In this document: piece by piece, positions 41,944 to 53,395 of the stretch | How positions within the stretch are numbered: position 1 is the first letter of the stretch | How the letters are laid out: each line of letters begins with the position of its first letter | Source of the DNA: Bacteroidota bacterium | GTDB lineage: Bacteria; Bacteroidota; Bacteroidia; NS11-12g; UBA955 | NCBI GenBank assembly: GCA_016787485.1 | Contig: JAEUUL010000038.1 | Coordinates: forward strand, 44,816-108,815 | DNA length: 64,000 nucleotides | Direction: 5' to 3' | Translations under genes and position numbers: made by a program | Notes under the pieces: model-generated | What the model saw: the letters and a program-made list of their open reading frames with translations, nothing else | Told to the model about the DNA's origin: nothing | Databases searched by the model: none

Positions 41944-42918
41944 ATGAAAAAGAACAAGTTAAATTTAATAATCTGCAACCTGCTGGTCATGGTACTGGCA
42001 CTTGTTGCCTGCGGTCGGGAATTGAATTATATCAACCCCTTGCCCAATGCGAAGTTTTCCGCCGGAGCTTTCAGCATAGCTGATCTGCAAGCCCAGAACC
42101 TGCCACCGGTCCAGACATTCACCATCAATATGGCGAACAGCCAACAGTTGACCTGCAGCGGAGGCACCCAGCTTATGATAGAACCCGGCAGCCTGATGGT
42201 TGACGGAAAGCCCGCCACGTCAGGTACGGTTCAAATTCAGGTAAGAGAACTGCAACAACCTTCTAAAATTATTCTGACCGGAATCACCACTCAAACCGAC
42301 AATGGAATGCTGGAAAGCGCAGGTATGATAGAACTGGAAGCCAACATACCTGATGCTCCGGCGAAAAGGGTGGATGTAAATCCGACCCAACCCGTTTATA
42401 TGGCCGTGCCGGCATCTTCAAAACCGGGTGCATCAACCAGTGGTTTCGGTTCATTCTATTTCAATCCATCCAACCAAACATGGACTGCAGGAACAGACAC
42501 AGCAAACAGAATCTGGCGCAACAACCAGTGGATGTTCAATATGCCGGTTCGTAAAAAAGGCTGGATCAACTGCGACCGTTTTTACCATCAAAAGCCATGC
42601 TCAGATATAAGGGTTGTGCTGCCCGATACATTCATGGGTTGCACGGATGTGTTTGTGGTGGTTCATAAACTGCGCAGCGCCATCCGATTATACCTTGATA
42701 CAAGCAAGCGTGAGTTCAATGTAAAAAGCAGAGGTTACGATGGATTTCCGGACACCCTGCTGGTAACAGCCATCTGCCACGGTGTAAAAAATGGGTTGTT
42801 CTATGAATATGACACCACCTTCAATGTGGCACCAGGACTGAAATTCCATATGAAACCCGTGATGAAAAACAGAAAGGAGCATGAAAAATGGCTGGCTACC
42901 ATCTTCGACGAGGAATAA
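41944..42918 (+). CDS. Hypothetical lipoprotein
   Basis: Lipobox LVAC; LESAGM and GWINCDRF motifs. Confidence 0.7.
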   Translation: MKKNKLNLIICNLLVMVLALVACGRELNYINPLPNAKFSAGAFSIADLQAQNLPPVQTFTINMANSQQLTCSGGTQLMIEPGSLMVDGKPATSGTVQIQVRELQQPSKIILTGITTQTDNGMLESAGMIELEANIPDAPAKRVDVNPTQPVYMAVPASSKPGASTSGFGSFYFNPSNQTWTAGTDTANRIWRNNQWMFNMPVRKKGWINCDRFYHQKPCSDIRVVLPDTFMGCTDVFVVVHKLRSAIRLYLDTSKREFNVKSRGYDGFPDTLLVTAICHGVKNGLFYEYDTTFNVAPGLKFHMKPVMKNRKEHEKWLATIFDEE

Positions 42919-43604
42919 TTCTGCACCTCTGTTGCAGTCTGTTTTGCCTGCCATTGACGGCACAAACCTGGTTTTACGGAGCCGGAACACAGGTCACAGG
43001 GAGTACATTTCAGGCGCGAAATGATTTTCGCAGCGGAGCAACCCCTGCCATTGGATTGGGTGCGGCGGCCTACCTCAGACACACCAGTTATCCGCTTCGT
43101 TTGCGTGCAGGACTCGATGCAACATTTGGCTTCCGTGCAGATCAGGACAAGATTGAAAATGCCAGACTCCAATTCTCACAGGTCTGGTACATTTCACCCT
43201 CTTGTGGACTGGAAATACCCATTCACCATGTAAAACAGGAACAATTCACCTATGTTTATCTGGGTTACAAAAAGCCTTTCAAAATGCTGGAGGCCAACTA
43301 TTACGATGTGCAACCAAACAGCGGTTTCCGCCAGCAATTTGTGTATTCACCCGTATTGTATGAACTGGGAATAAGCAGGGAACTGAACAGAAAAAAACAC
43401 AGTATCCGTTATTCCCTGATTGCAGCCGTGGAGCAGATTCAATACACAAATGCTCCCAAACAGTTTGGACTTTATGCGATAAATGCAAGTGTGGGCTGGG
43501 TTCTGAACCGACAGGCAAAAATGACATTCACGCGGGGATGCCACCGCACCATGCAGACAACCGATGCCTTCCCGGCACCGAACAAACATTCTAAAAAGAA
43601 ATAA
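42888..43604 (+). CDS. Hypothetical outer-membrane beta-barrel protein
   Basis: Signal-like N-terminus and alternating aromatic strands; overlaps the upstream gene. Confidence 0.6.
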   Translation: MAGYHLRRGIILHLCCSLFCLPLTAQTWFYGAGTQVTGSTFQARNDFRSGATPAIGLGAAAYLRHTSYPLRLRAGLDATFGFRADQDKIENARLQFSQVWYISPSCGLEIPIHHVKQEQFTYVYLGYKKPFKMLEANYYDVQPNSGFRQQFVYSPVLYELGISRELNRKKHSIRYSLIAAVEQIQYTNAPKQFGLYAINASVGWVLNRQAKMTFTRGCHRTMQTTDAFPAPNKHSKKK

Positions 43605-43613
43605 ACGTTCGGG

Positions 43614-45290
43614 TTACTGATTCAATTTGGCCATCAGATCCAAACCATGCTGCCGTGAAGTTTCTTTAGCAATTTCATAACCGGCATCGGCATGGCGGAT
43701 CACACCCATTCCGGGGTCATTGTACAGCACACGTTTCAGCCGGCGGTCGGCATCTTCAGTCCCGTCTGCCACAATGACCATGCCGGAGTGGATGCTATAG
43801 CCCATACCCACACCACCTCCATGGTGCAGGCTTACCCAACTTGCGCCTCCTGCAGTATTCACCAGTGCATTCAGGATGGGCCAGTCGGCAACTGCATCAC
43901 TTCCATCCAGCATGGCTTCTGTTTCACGGTTTGGCGAGGCAACAGAGCCTGTATCCAGGTGGTCACGTCCAATGACGATGGGTGCTTTAACCTTCCCGGT
44001 GCGCACCAGTTCATTAAACAGCAATCCGGCCTTTTCTCTCTCGCCCTGACCCAACCAGCAAATGCGGGCAGGTAATCCCTGAAAGGCAATTTTATCCTGT
44101 GCCATAGCGATCCAACGGTGCAGGCTTTCGTTTTCCGGAAACAGTTTTAAAATTTCACGGTCTGTGGTATAAATATCTTCCGGATCGCCGCTGAGTGCCA
44201 CCCAGCGGAAAGGGCCTTTACCCTGGCAAAACAAGGGGCGTATAAAGGCAGGCACAAAACCGGGAAAATCAAAAGCATTGGTCAGTCCTTTTTCAAATGC
44301 ACGGCCACGCAGATTGTTCCCGTAATCAAAGGTGACAGATCCGCGGTTTTGTAACTCCAGCATGAGTTTTACATGATGAACCATGGTGGAATAACTCAAT
44401 TCCACATACTTATCCGGATTATCCCTGCGGAGGCGGTCTGCTGCTTCCACATCCATTCCTTCGGGATAATAACCTATCAGCGGGTCATGCGCACTGGTCT
44501 GGTCCGTAAGTGTTTCCGGTGTGATACCGCGCTGCACCATCCGTTCCAACAAATCCACTGCGTTGCACAGAACACCGATGGAAACTGCATCACCCCGTTC
44601 TTTGGCTGTGAGTGCCATATCAATTCCCTGATCCACAGTTCTGGCCATCATATCCAGATAGCGGGTTTCAAGCCTTTTGCGTATGCGCCATTCCTCTACC
44701 TCGGCAATAAGGGCTACCCCCCCGTTCATGGTGATGGCCAAAGGCTGTGCACCACCCATGCCGCCCAATCCGGCTGTGACATTCAGGGTGCCTTTCAGGC
44801 TGCCGCCAAAATGCTGACGGGCACATTCGGCATAAGTCTCATAGGTGCCCTGCACAATGCCTTGTGAACCGATGTAAATCCAGCTTCCGGCGGTCATTTG
44901 TCCATACATCATCAGACCTTTGGCTTCCAATTCACGGAAATGGTCCCAGTTGGCCCAGTTCGGTACCAGTTGGCTGTTGCTTATGAGTACCCGCGGAGCA
45001 TCTTTATGGGTAGGCAGGATAGCGACCGGTTTGCCACTTTGCACGATCAGGGTCTGGTCTTCCTCCAGTTGTGTCAATGCTTTGAGAATATTGTCAAAGG
45101 CCGGCCAGTTTCTGGCCGCTTTGCCGAGTCCTCCATACACAATCAGGTCTTCGGGGCGTTCTGCCACCTCCGGATCCAGATTGTTCTGTATCATGCGGTA
45201 GGCCGCTTCCTGCACCCAACCCTTGCAGGTCAATTGGGTTCCTGTGGGTGCTGTTACTATGCGTTTTCCGGTTTCCACTGCTTCACTCAT
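43614..45290 (-). CDS. hutU: Urocanate hydratase
   Basis: [52 protein letters not shown]. Start MSEAV follows TACCTTTG. Confidence 0.97.
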   Translation of the reverse strand: MSEAVETGKRIVTAPTGTQLTCKGWVQEAAYRMIQNNLDPEVAERPEDLIVYGGLGKAARNWPAFDNILKALTQLEEDQTLIVQSGKPVAILPTHKDAPRVLISNSQLVPNWANWDHFRELEAKGLMMYGQMTAGSWIYIGSQGIVQGTYETYAECARQHFGGSLKGTLNVTAGLGGMGGAQPLAITMNGGVALIAEVEEWRIRKRLETRYLDMMARTVDQGIDMALTAKERGDAVSIGVLCNAVDLLERMVQRGITPETLTDQTSAHDPLIGYYPEGMDVEAADRLRRDNPDKYVELSYSTMVHHVKLMLELQNRGSVTFDYGNNLRGRAFEKGLTNAFDFPGFVPAFIRPLFCQGKGPFRWVALSGDPEDIYTTDREILKLFPENESLHRWIAMAQDKIAFQGLPARICWLGQGEREKAGLLFNELVRTGKVKAPIVIGRDHLDTGSVASPNRETEAMLDGSDAVADWPILNALVNTAGGASWVSLHHGGGVGMGYSIHSGMVIVADGTEDADRRLKRVLYNDPGMGVIRHADAGYEIAKETSRQHGLDLMAKLNQ

Positions 45291-45363
45291 TTTTGATTCT
45301 GCAAAGGTAATACAATGCCCGGTGGACTTGCGGAGAATGGCATCAATCATTTATCATTGCACC

Positions 45364-45792
45364 ATGCACTCCGGTTTTTATTCCATTTTCTTTGTAACAG
45401 CCATATTCCTTTGTGGATGCAGCCATAAAGAAGACAAAACCCTTTACGGCAGTTGGGAACCATTGAAGGAATGGAACACAGAAACAGCAAAATGGGATAC
45501 TGCGGAATTCAACTTCTTCATCACCGTATCCGGTTCCTGTGAAAACATATCCGTTGAAAAAAACCTGTATGGGGATCTGGCCGCACCCGTGGTGAATTTT
45601 CCCAATCCACGCTGCTTTGGCAACCGCATGGAACTCAGTTTCGACGACACCACGTACGGCAGCGGAGATTCACGCGAGAAATACTATTTTAAACTGAGTC
45701 CGGGCCGGGATTCTCTGATAGGAACCCGCACCATTGTCATTGACGATGGCAAGAAACCGTCGGTAAAAAAACTCATATTCCGGCGCATCTGA
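45364..45792 (+). CDS. Hypothetical lipoprotein
   Basis: MHSGFY...FLCGC lipobox, LYGSW; start follows TATCATTG by 4 nt. Confidence 0.65.
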   Translation: MHSGFYSIFFVTAIFLCGCSHKEDKTLYGSWEPLKEWNTETAKWDTAEFNFFITVSGSCENISVEKNLYGDLAAPVVNFPNPRCFGNRMELSFDDTTYGSGDSREKYYFKLSPGRDSLIGTRTIVIDDGKKPSVKKLIFRRI

Positions 45793-45802
45793 CTGCTCAG
45801 AC

Positions 45803-47932
45803 TCAGGAATCAAACTTCATGGTGAGGCTGATTCGCTTTCGGCCGGCATCCACATCCATAACCCGTACCGTTACATGCTGACCCAGACTTACCACTTCCA
45901 AAGGATGCTTCACAAATTTGCGGCTGAGTTGTGAAACATGCACCAGGCCGTCCTGTTTCACACCAATGTCCACAAATGCGCCAAAGTCTGTGATGTTGGT
46001 AATAACCCCCTTTAGTTCAAGCCCCGGTTCCAGGTCGCTGATTTTACGCACGGAATCGCTGAATCCCACTTCCAGCAAATCCCCTCTGGGGTCCAGTCCG
46101 GGCTTTTTCAACTCATGAACAATATCCTTCAATGTGGGGAGTCCTACGCCCTCTGACTCAGATATGTACTGATCGAGTGGAATTTTATCCGCTTTCTCCG
46201 GATCTCTCAACAGTTCCTCCAGAGGCATTTTCATATCTGCCGCCATTTTTTGAACCAAGGGGTAGCGTTCCGGATGCACAGCGCTGTTGTCCAAAGGATT
46301 CCCGGCATTCCGGATTCGCAAAAAACCGGCACATTGCTCAAAGGCTTTGTCTCCCAGTCTTGGCACATCAGCCAATTGCCGGCGGCTGCGGAATGGACCA
46401 TGGACTTGCCGGTATTCCACGATGTTCTTCGCCAGCACCGGGCCCAGACCACTCACCCTTTCCAGCAACCATGCACTGGCCGTATTCAGATTTACCCCCA
46501 CTGCGTTCACCGCCGATTCCACCACTTCATTCAATCTCTTCTTCAATTGCACTTGTGATACATCGTGCTGATACTGGCCCACACCAATGCTTTTGGGGTC
46601 AATCTTCACCAACTCTGCCAGCGGATCCATCAGCCTGCGGCCTATACTCACGGCACCTCTCACGGTAACGTCTTTATCGGGAAATTCCTGACGGGCTACC
46701 TCAGAAGCGCTATACACGGAGGCCCCTGCCTCATTCACCATATATACCGGCAGGTCAAGACCGGAGACAGACTTACAGAAAGTTTCTGTTTCGCGCCCGG
46801 CCGTGCCATTTCCTATTGCAATGGCAGCAGGCTTGTATTTTTCCACCCATTGCCGCAGAAGATTGGCTGCAGCCGTGGTTTGCCTCTGGGGTTCGTGCGG
46901 AAAAATGGTTTCATGTGCCAGTAAATTGCCATTGGCATCAAGGGCCACCAGTTTGCAACCGGTTCTGAAACCCGGGTCTAAGGCCAGCAGGGCTTTTTCT
47001 CCCAGCGGTGGTGCCAGCAACAATTGCTTTACGTTGGCCGCAAACACTGCTATGGCTTCCTCCTCTGCCCTTTTGCGCACCACGTCAAACAATTCAGATT
47101 CCAGTGAGGGATGCAGCAGGCGATCCCATGCGTCTGTCATGGCAAGTTGTATCTGATCCTGGGTATCTCCATACCCCCGCAGGCAGTGCCGCTTCAACAA
47201 CTGTTTTACGGTATACCCATCACATTCAGCCTGCATTTTCAGCCAACCCTCATTCTCGCCGCGGCAGATGGCGAGAAACCGGTGGGATGGACACGCCATT
47301 AGTTTCTCACGATGATCGAAGTAATCGCGGTATTTCTGGGCTTCGGGCACAGTGGCTTTGCCGCGGGTAACCCGGCAATGCAATACAGCGCTATCCTCCA
47401 TCATCCTGCGGCATTTTGCCCGCAGGGCAGCATCTTCACTGATCCACTCGGCCACTATATCCCGTGCATTTTCCAGTGCTTTTGCCTTCCCTACGGCAGG
47501 GTCTGGCACCATTTGTTCCCATTTGTGCAACCAGGCATCTCCCTTTTGGGCAAACATGGCTTGCGCCAGTGACTCATACCCTGCTTCCCTCGCCACATCA
47601 GCACGGGTTCTTCTGCGGGGTTTAAAAGGCAGGTACAAATCTTCCAACTGCTGCAATTCAACAGCTTGTTGCAAAGCCTGTTTGAGTTCGGGAGTCAGTT
47701 TGCCCTGCTCCTGTATCTGCGTCAGTATATAGGTTCTGCGTTTTTCCAGTTCCTGCAGATCTGCGTACAAATCCACCACATTGCGCAGTTCCACCTCATC
47801 CATATTGCCGGTTTTTTCCTTGCGGTATCGCGCAATAAACGGAATGGTGGCTCCCTGGTCCGTGAGGCGCAGCACCTGCTGCACCTGCCATTCTTTCATC
47901 TTTAAGGTATCGGCAATTCGTCTGGCAAACAT
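45803..47932 (-). CDS. tex: Tex-family transcription accessory protein (S1 RNA-binding)
   Basis: TIPFIARYRKE.TG, LEDLYLPFK, DPGFRTGCK, EAGASVYSAS, GVGQYQHD, C-terminal S1 domain. Confidence 0.95.
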   Translation of the reverse strand: MFARRIADTLKMKEWQVQQVLRLTDQGATIPFIARYRKEKTGNMDEVELRNVVDLYADLQELEKRRTYILTQIQEQGKLTPELKQALQQAVELQQLEDLYLPFKPRRRTRADVAREAGYESLAQAMFAQKGDAWLHKWEQMVPDPAVGKAKALENARDIVAEWISEDAALRAKCRRMMEDSAVLHCRVTRGKATVPEAQKYRDYFDHREKLMACPSHRFLAICRGENEGWLKMQAECDGYTVKQLLKRHCLRGYGDTQDQIQLAMTDAWDRLLHPSLESELFDVVRKRAEEEAIAVFAANVKQLLLAPPLGEKALLALDPGFRTGCKLVALDANGNLLAHETIFPHEPQRQTTAAANLLRQWVEKYKPAAIAIGNGTAGRETETFCKSVSGLDLPVYMVNEAGASVYSASEVARQEFPDKDVTVRGAVSIGRRLMDPLAELVKIDPKSIGVGQYQHDVSQVQLKKRLNEVVESAVNAVGVNLNTASAWLLERVSGLGPVLAKNIVEYRQVHGPFRSRRQLADVPRLGDKAFEQCAGFLRIRNAGNPLDNSAVHPERYPLVQKMAADMKMPLEELLRDPEKADKIPLDQYISESEGVGLPTLKDIVHELKKPGLDPRGDLLEVGFSDSVRKISDLEPGLELKGVITNITDFGAFVDIGVKQDGLVHVSQLSRKFVKHPLEVVSLGQHVTVRVMDVDAGRKRISLTMKFDS

Positions 47933-48012
47933 GCAGCCTCGAAAATACCGGACTACCACAGCTTCCTGAAAATCAGTTTTACCAAAACTATCCACGGCAT
48001 ACCTTTGCCGGA

Positions 48013-48501
48013 ATGGCTGCTCCTTCCTTTCAGCTTCTGACTTCCCCCCAAAGATGGATAGCAGGTATTCCCGCCAATTTTGAAAATGTAATGCAGGCCG
48101 ATACCCGCCATTGGCAACAGTTTATGCCACGGTTGCGCGGGATAAAAAACCGGCTGGGCGGGCATCTGGTCTCAGCCAGTGTATATCAGCCATCAGAAAA
48201 CGGCCTTTTCAACCCGTTTGCCCCTGTACAAAAATGGGCTGGCGTTGAAGTGGAAACCGGGGAGGCGCTGCCTGAAGGCATGCACACGCTTCTGATTCCG
48301 GCAGGAGAGTATGCTGTATTCAGATACCAAGGGTTGCCATCGGGTGCTTCTTCTTTTTTCAAGGCTGTATTCTCAGAAAGCCTTCCCCAGGCCGGGCTAC
48401 TTATCGATAGCCGACCCCATTTCGAATTGTTACCCCCCGGCTACAGTGCCACCGATCCCAACGCAGAGGAAGAAGTGTGGGTGCCGGTGATGAGGATGTG
48501 A
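48013..48501 (+). CDS. GyrI-like small-molecule-binding protein
   Basis: KWAGVEV, IPAGEYAVF, RPHFE, EEEVWVPV. Confidence 0.85.
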   Translation: MAAPSFQLLTSPQRWIAGIPANFENVMQADTRHWQQFMPRLRGIKNRLGGHLVSASVYQPSENGLFNPFAPVQKWAGVEVETGEALPEGMHTLLIPAGEYAVFRYQGLPSGASSFFKAVFSESLPQAGLLIDSRPHFELLPPGYSATDPNAEEEVWVPVMRM

Positions 48502-48589
48502 AAAAGTGCCTTAAACACAGCGACCCCACTTGCGTGAGGCCCCTGGAGTAGTTTTCACAACGGAATAATCCTTATTGTGAATTGCTTCA
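48501..48589 (-). ncRNA. tracrRNA
   Basis: Minus strand GAAGCAATTCACAAT (48574-48588) is complementary to repeat nt 1-15. It is followed by AAGGATTATTCC (nexus-like), GTTGTGAAAAC, the GGCCTCAC-GCAA-GTGGGGTC hairpin and a U5 tail. Confidence 0.88.
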
Positions 48590-48593
48590 CTTG

Positions 48594-48624
48594 CAAAATT
48601 AGAAACTATTTACCAATTTGCAAA
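48594..48624 (-). promoter_or_regulatory. tracrRNA promoter (Bacteroidota -33/-7)
   Basis: Minus strand TTTG (48624-48621), 19-nt spacer, TAATTTTG (48601-48594). Confidence 0.75.
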
Positions 48625-48629
48625 TAATT

Positions 48630-51600
48630 ATGAAATCAAAATTAATTGTAGGTTTAGATATTGGAGTCAATTCCGTAGGATTTGCAATTATTAAAGAACC
48701 TGAAAGTGGTGAACCTCAGATTCTAAAAATGGGTGTTCGCATTGTAAATGAAGATCCCAACTTTCATTTGAAATTTTATCAGGGCAATTCCGCCAGCCGC
48801 AATGCTGACAGAAGAACCAACCGCGGAATCAGGCGCGGAACAGACAGATATCAATTGCGCAGAACCCTATTAACCGAAATATTGCAACAATACAACATGA
48901 TGCCAGATGAAGACCTGATGCTTAAAGTATCAGCGTTGGAATTATATGGATTACGGGCTAAAGCAGCGGTTGAAATGGTTACATTGCCAGAATTGGGTAG
49001 GATATTTTTTCACCTGAATCAGAAACGGGGATATAGCAGCATGCGCAAAGGATATAATCCTGAGGAATCAGATTCTGAATATCTGGCCAGGATTCAGGAA
49101 CTGCATGAGGAAGTAGAATTTCAAACGATTGGCCAATATTGCTATAAGAAACTCCAGAAGAACCCGCTATATCGTCTTAGGGAAAGCACATTTCTACGAA
49201 CTGACTACCAACGGGAATTTGATGCGATATGGAATGAGCAAAAAAAGCATTATCCATCTTTACTTACTGGTGGACCCGAAGAAAAAGATAACCGGGGTAC
49301 TTTATACCGTGCAATACGAAACGAAATCATTTATTACCAAAGACCTCTGAAAAGTGCAAAGCATTTGGTTTCCAATTGCACATTTGAACCTTACAAAAAG
49401 GTCATACCCAAATCTCATCCACTGTTTCAAAGTTTCAGAATCTGGCAAGTGATAAATAACCTGGTAGCCAAGGCATACGATGGAGAAGAAGTGCTTCCCA
49501 CTGAAATTCAGAGATTGAAGTTATTTGAAGAATTACATTTAAAGCGCAAAATCTCTGCTACAGGTATATTGAAAATCATGGGGCTAAAAAATGGAGAATA
49601 CACCCTGAATTATGAAGAAATTCCCGGAAATCTCACATGGATTAACTGTTATCTTGCACTGAAAGAGATTGGAGAAGAAACCTTAATGAGGTCCTGGTTG
49701 AGTCAGGGTGTGGAATATTCCGAGCAACATCCTTTCGTCAAATACTGGCATATCACTTATAGTCTGGAAACCGAAAAAGATGTAATTCACGCATTACAAT
49801 CCCAATTGAATTTCACTGAAACGGCCGCAGTTCAAATCGCAAAAAAAATAGGATATACCAATGATTACGGTTCATTGAGTTCTAAAGCTATCCGCAGAAT
49901 TTTGCCACACCTGTTAAAAGGCTTGACCTACGACAAGGCCGTTCTTGAAGCCAAATATGAACACCACAGCAATATATATAACGTAACCAACATTAAAGAC
50001 ATTTTACCTCCAGTATTGCCAAACACATTGAGAAATCCGGTTGTTGAACAGATTCTCAATCAGGTTGTCAATGTAGTTAATACCATTACTGACAGGTATG
50101 GCAAACCCGACGAGTTTCGGATTGAAATGGCAAGGGAGTTAAAAAGCAATGCAAAAAAAAGAAAGCGCGTATTTACTGAAAATAACAACAGAAAAAAACA
50201 AGCTGATGAAATCATCCATGATTTAAAAGAACGATATGGATTCAAAAGGGTAAATATGCGTGATGTGCAAAGATGGCGGCTATGGGAAGAAACGGACCAG
50301 ATGTGTTTGTATTGCACCAGGCATATCAAATTTGAGGATGTATACAAAGGCAATGCAGACATAGAACATATCATACCCAGAAGCCGCATATTCTCTGATG
50401 CGCATACCAACTTTATTCTTGCGCACACCTCCTGCAACCGGAACAAAGGCCAAATGACAGCTTATGATTATATGGCATCAAAGCCCAAAGAAGATTTTGA
50501 GGCCTATTTATCCAGTATAGCTAAGCTTTTCAAATTGAAAAAAATCAGCACACCCAAAAGGGACAATCTCTTAATGAAAGGTGATGAAATCCCTTCAGAC
50601 TTTCTAAACAGGCAGCTAAATGACACACAATACGTAGCAAGAGAAACCATTGCTATGCTCAAACAGGTTTGTAAAAATGTATATACAACCACAGGAAGCG
50701 TGACAGATCTGCTCAAAGAAAAATGGAATTTAAAGCATGTACTTGAAGAGGTGAATATGGAGACATACCGTGAAGCGGGACTTACCAATCCTGTGGAAGT
50801 ACTACCCGGGAAAATAGTGGAGAAAATAACCAACTGGGAAAAGCGCAAAGACCACCGCCACCATGCGCTGGATGCACTCGCCATTGCCTTAACCAAACAA
50901 TCCTATATTCAAAGACTGAATACGCTTTCAGCCAATTATCTCACCTATCAGAATTTAAAAGAATCTCCATACGATTTCCCTGCGCCCATCAAAGATATGC
51001 GCAAACTGGTGACCGAACACCTGAATGGGATTCTGGTCAGCTTTAAAAAACCCAATTCCAAATTGTTGACCAAAAAGACCAACAAAATCAAGCTGGCCAA
51101 TGGGAAAACCGCAACACAGGAAACCTGGGTACCCAGAGGCAGTTTGCACAACGACACCATAATGGGAAGAATAAAAAGATACAAAAAGACAGACTGGAAG
51201 GAGGCGTTAGAGAATCCCGGCAATTTGGTATCGGTTGAAGTAAAAACTGCATTGCTTGAATTTGTAAAATCATCCGGTGATGCCAAAAAAGCTTTGACCA
51301 CATTGAAAAAAGAAGGATTAAATGTGAATGGAGCTATCATAACTCAACCATTGATTTGGGACTATGTATTTACAAAAAGGGTAAAGTTATCTGAACAACT
51401 GACGACTGCCCAAATAACCAAAATAGCGGACACCAGAATCAAACGCCTGGTTGAGCAAAGGGTAAAAGAAGCTGGAAGTATTAAAGCCGCATTCAAAGAT
51501 TATGCAAGCAATCCGATTTATTTAAATGAGAACAAACGAATCCCGATAAAAACGGTAACCGTTGAGGATAGGAGTTCACTTGTACCTGTAAGAACTGGCT

Positions 51601-52032
51601 ACGCCGTATTGGGAAACAACCACCATGCTATTATTTATAAGGATGCGACTGGTAAGTTTACTGAAAAAATTGTTTCGTTTTGGGAGGTCGTTGAAAGTGC
51701 TTTACAAAATTGGCGAACCACAGGGAAAATTTATCCGGTGATCAATACAAATCCTGACCCGGAAAAGGGTGAAGTCTATATGACTCTTCAAATCAACGAC
51801 TTGTTTCTAATAGAATTACCTGAGGAACTAAAACACAGCCATGAGACAAATCAACTCACACCTTATATATATCGTTTGCAAAAATTGAGTGCGGGTGATT
51901 ATGTTTTCAGACATCAATACCAAACCAATTTAGAACTCGAACTCCCCTTTGCGATGAAAAGAATACAATCATTGTCGAAATTTACCACGATTCAAAAGGT
52001 GCAAATCAATGCTTTGGGTGAAATTATAAGAA

Positions 52033-52040
<8 letters not shown>
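48630..52040 (+). CDS. cas9: Type II-C CRISPR endonuclease Cas9 (~1136 aa)
   Basis: RuvC-I GLDIGVNSVG, Arg-rich bridge helix, RuvC-II IEMARE, HNH DIEHIIP...CNRNKG, QLNDTQY, RuvC-III DHRHHALDA; ATG at 48630. Confidence 0.98.
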
Positions 52041-53285
<1,245 letters not shown>

Positions 53286-53346
53286 CAGAATGCAAAAAAA
53301 GGAAGTTTCACTGCAAACTGGCCGTCACATTCCACACAATCTCAAT

Positions 53347-53391
53347 CCTAAAACAAAGGATAAAGCCCGCCCATGGCGAACTTTATCCTTT
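53347..53391 (-). terminator. Hairpin at the cas2-proximal end of the array, probable terminator of minus-strand pre-crRNA
   Basis: aaaggataaag (53355-53365) and ctttatccttt (53381-53391) form a perfect 11-bp stem; GTTTT follows on the minus strand. Confidence 0.7.
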
Positions 53392-53395
53392 TACG

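Noticed and set aside
45803-48501. tex and the GyrI-like gene as CRISPR accessory genes
   Set aside because: Common stand-alone genes with host-like composition and their own promoters; adjacency alone is not evidence.
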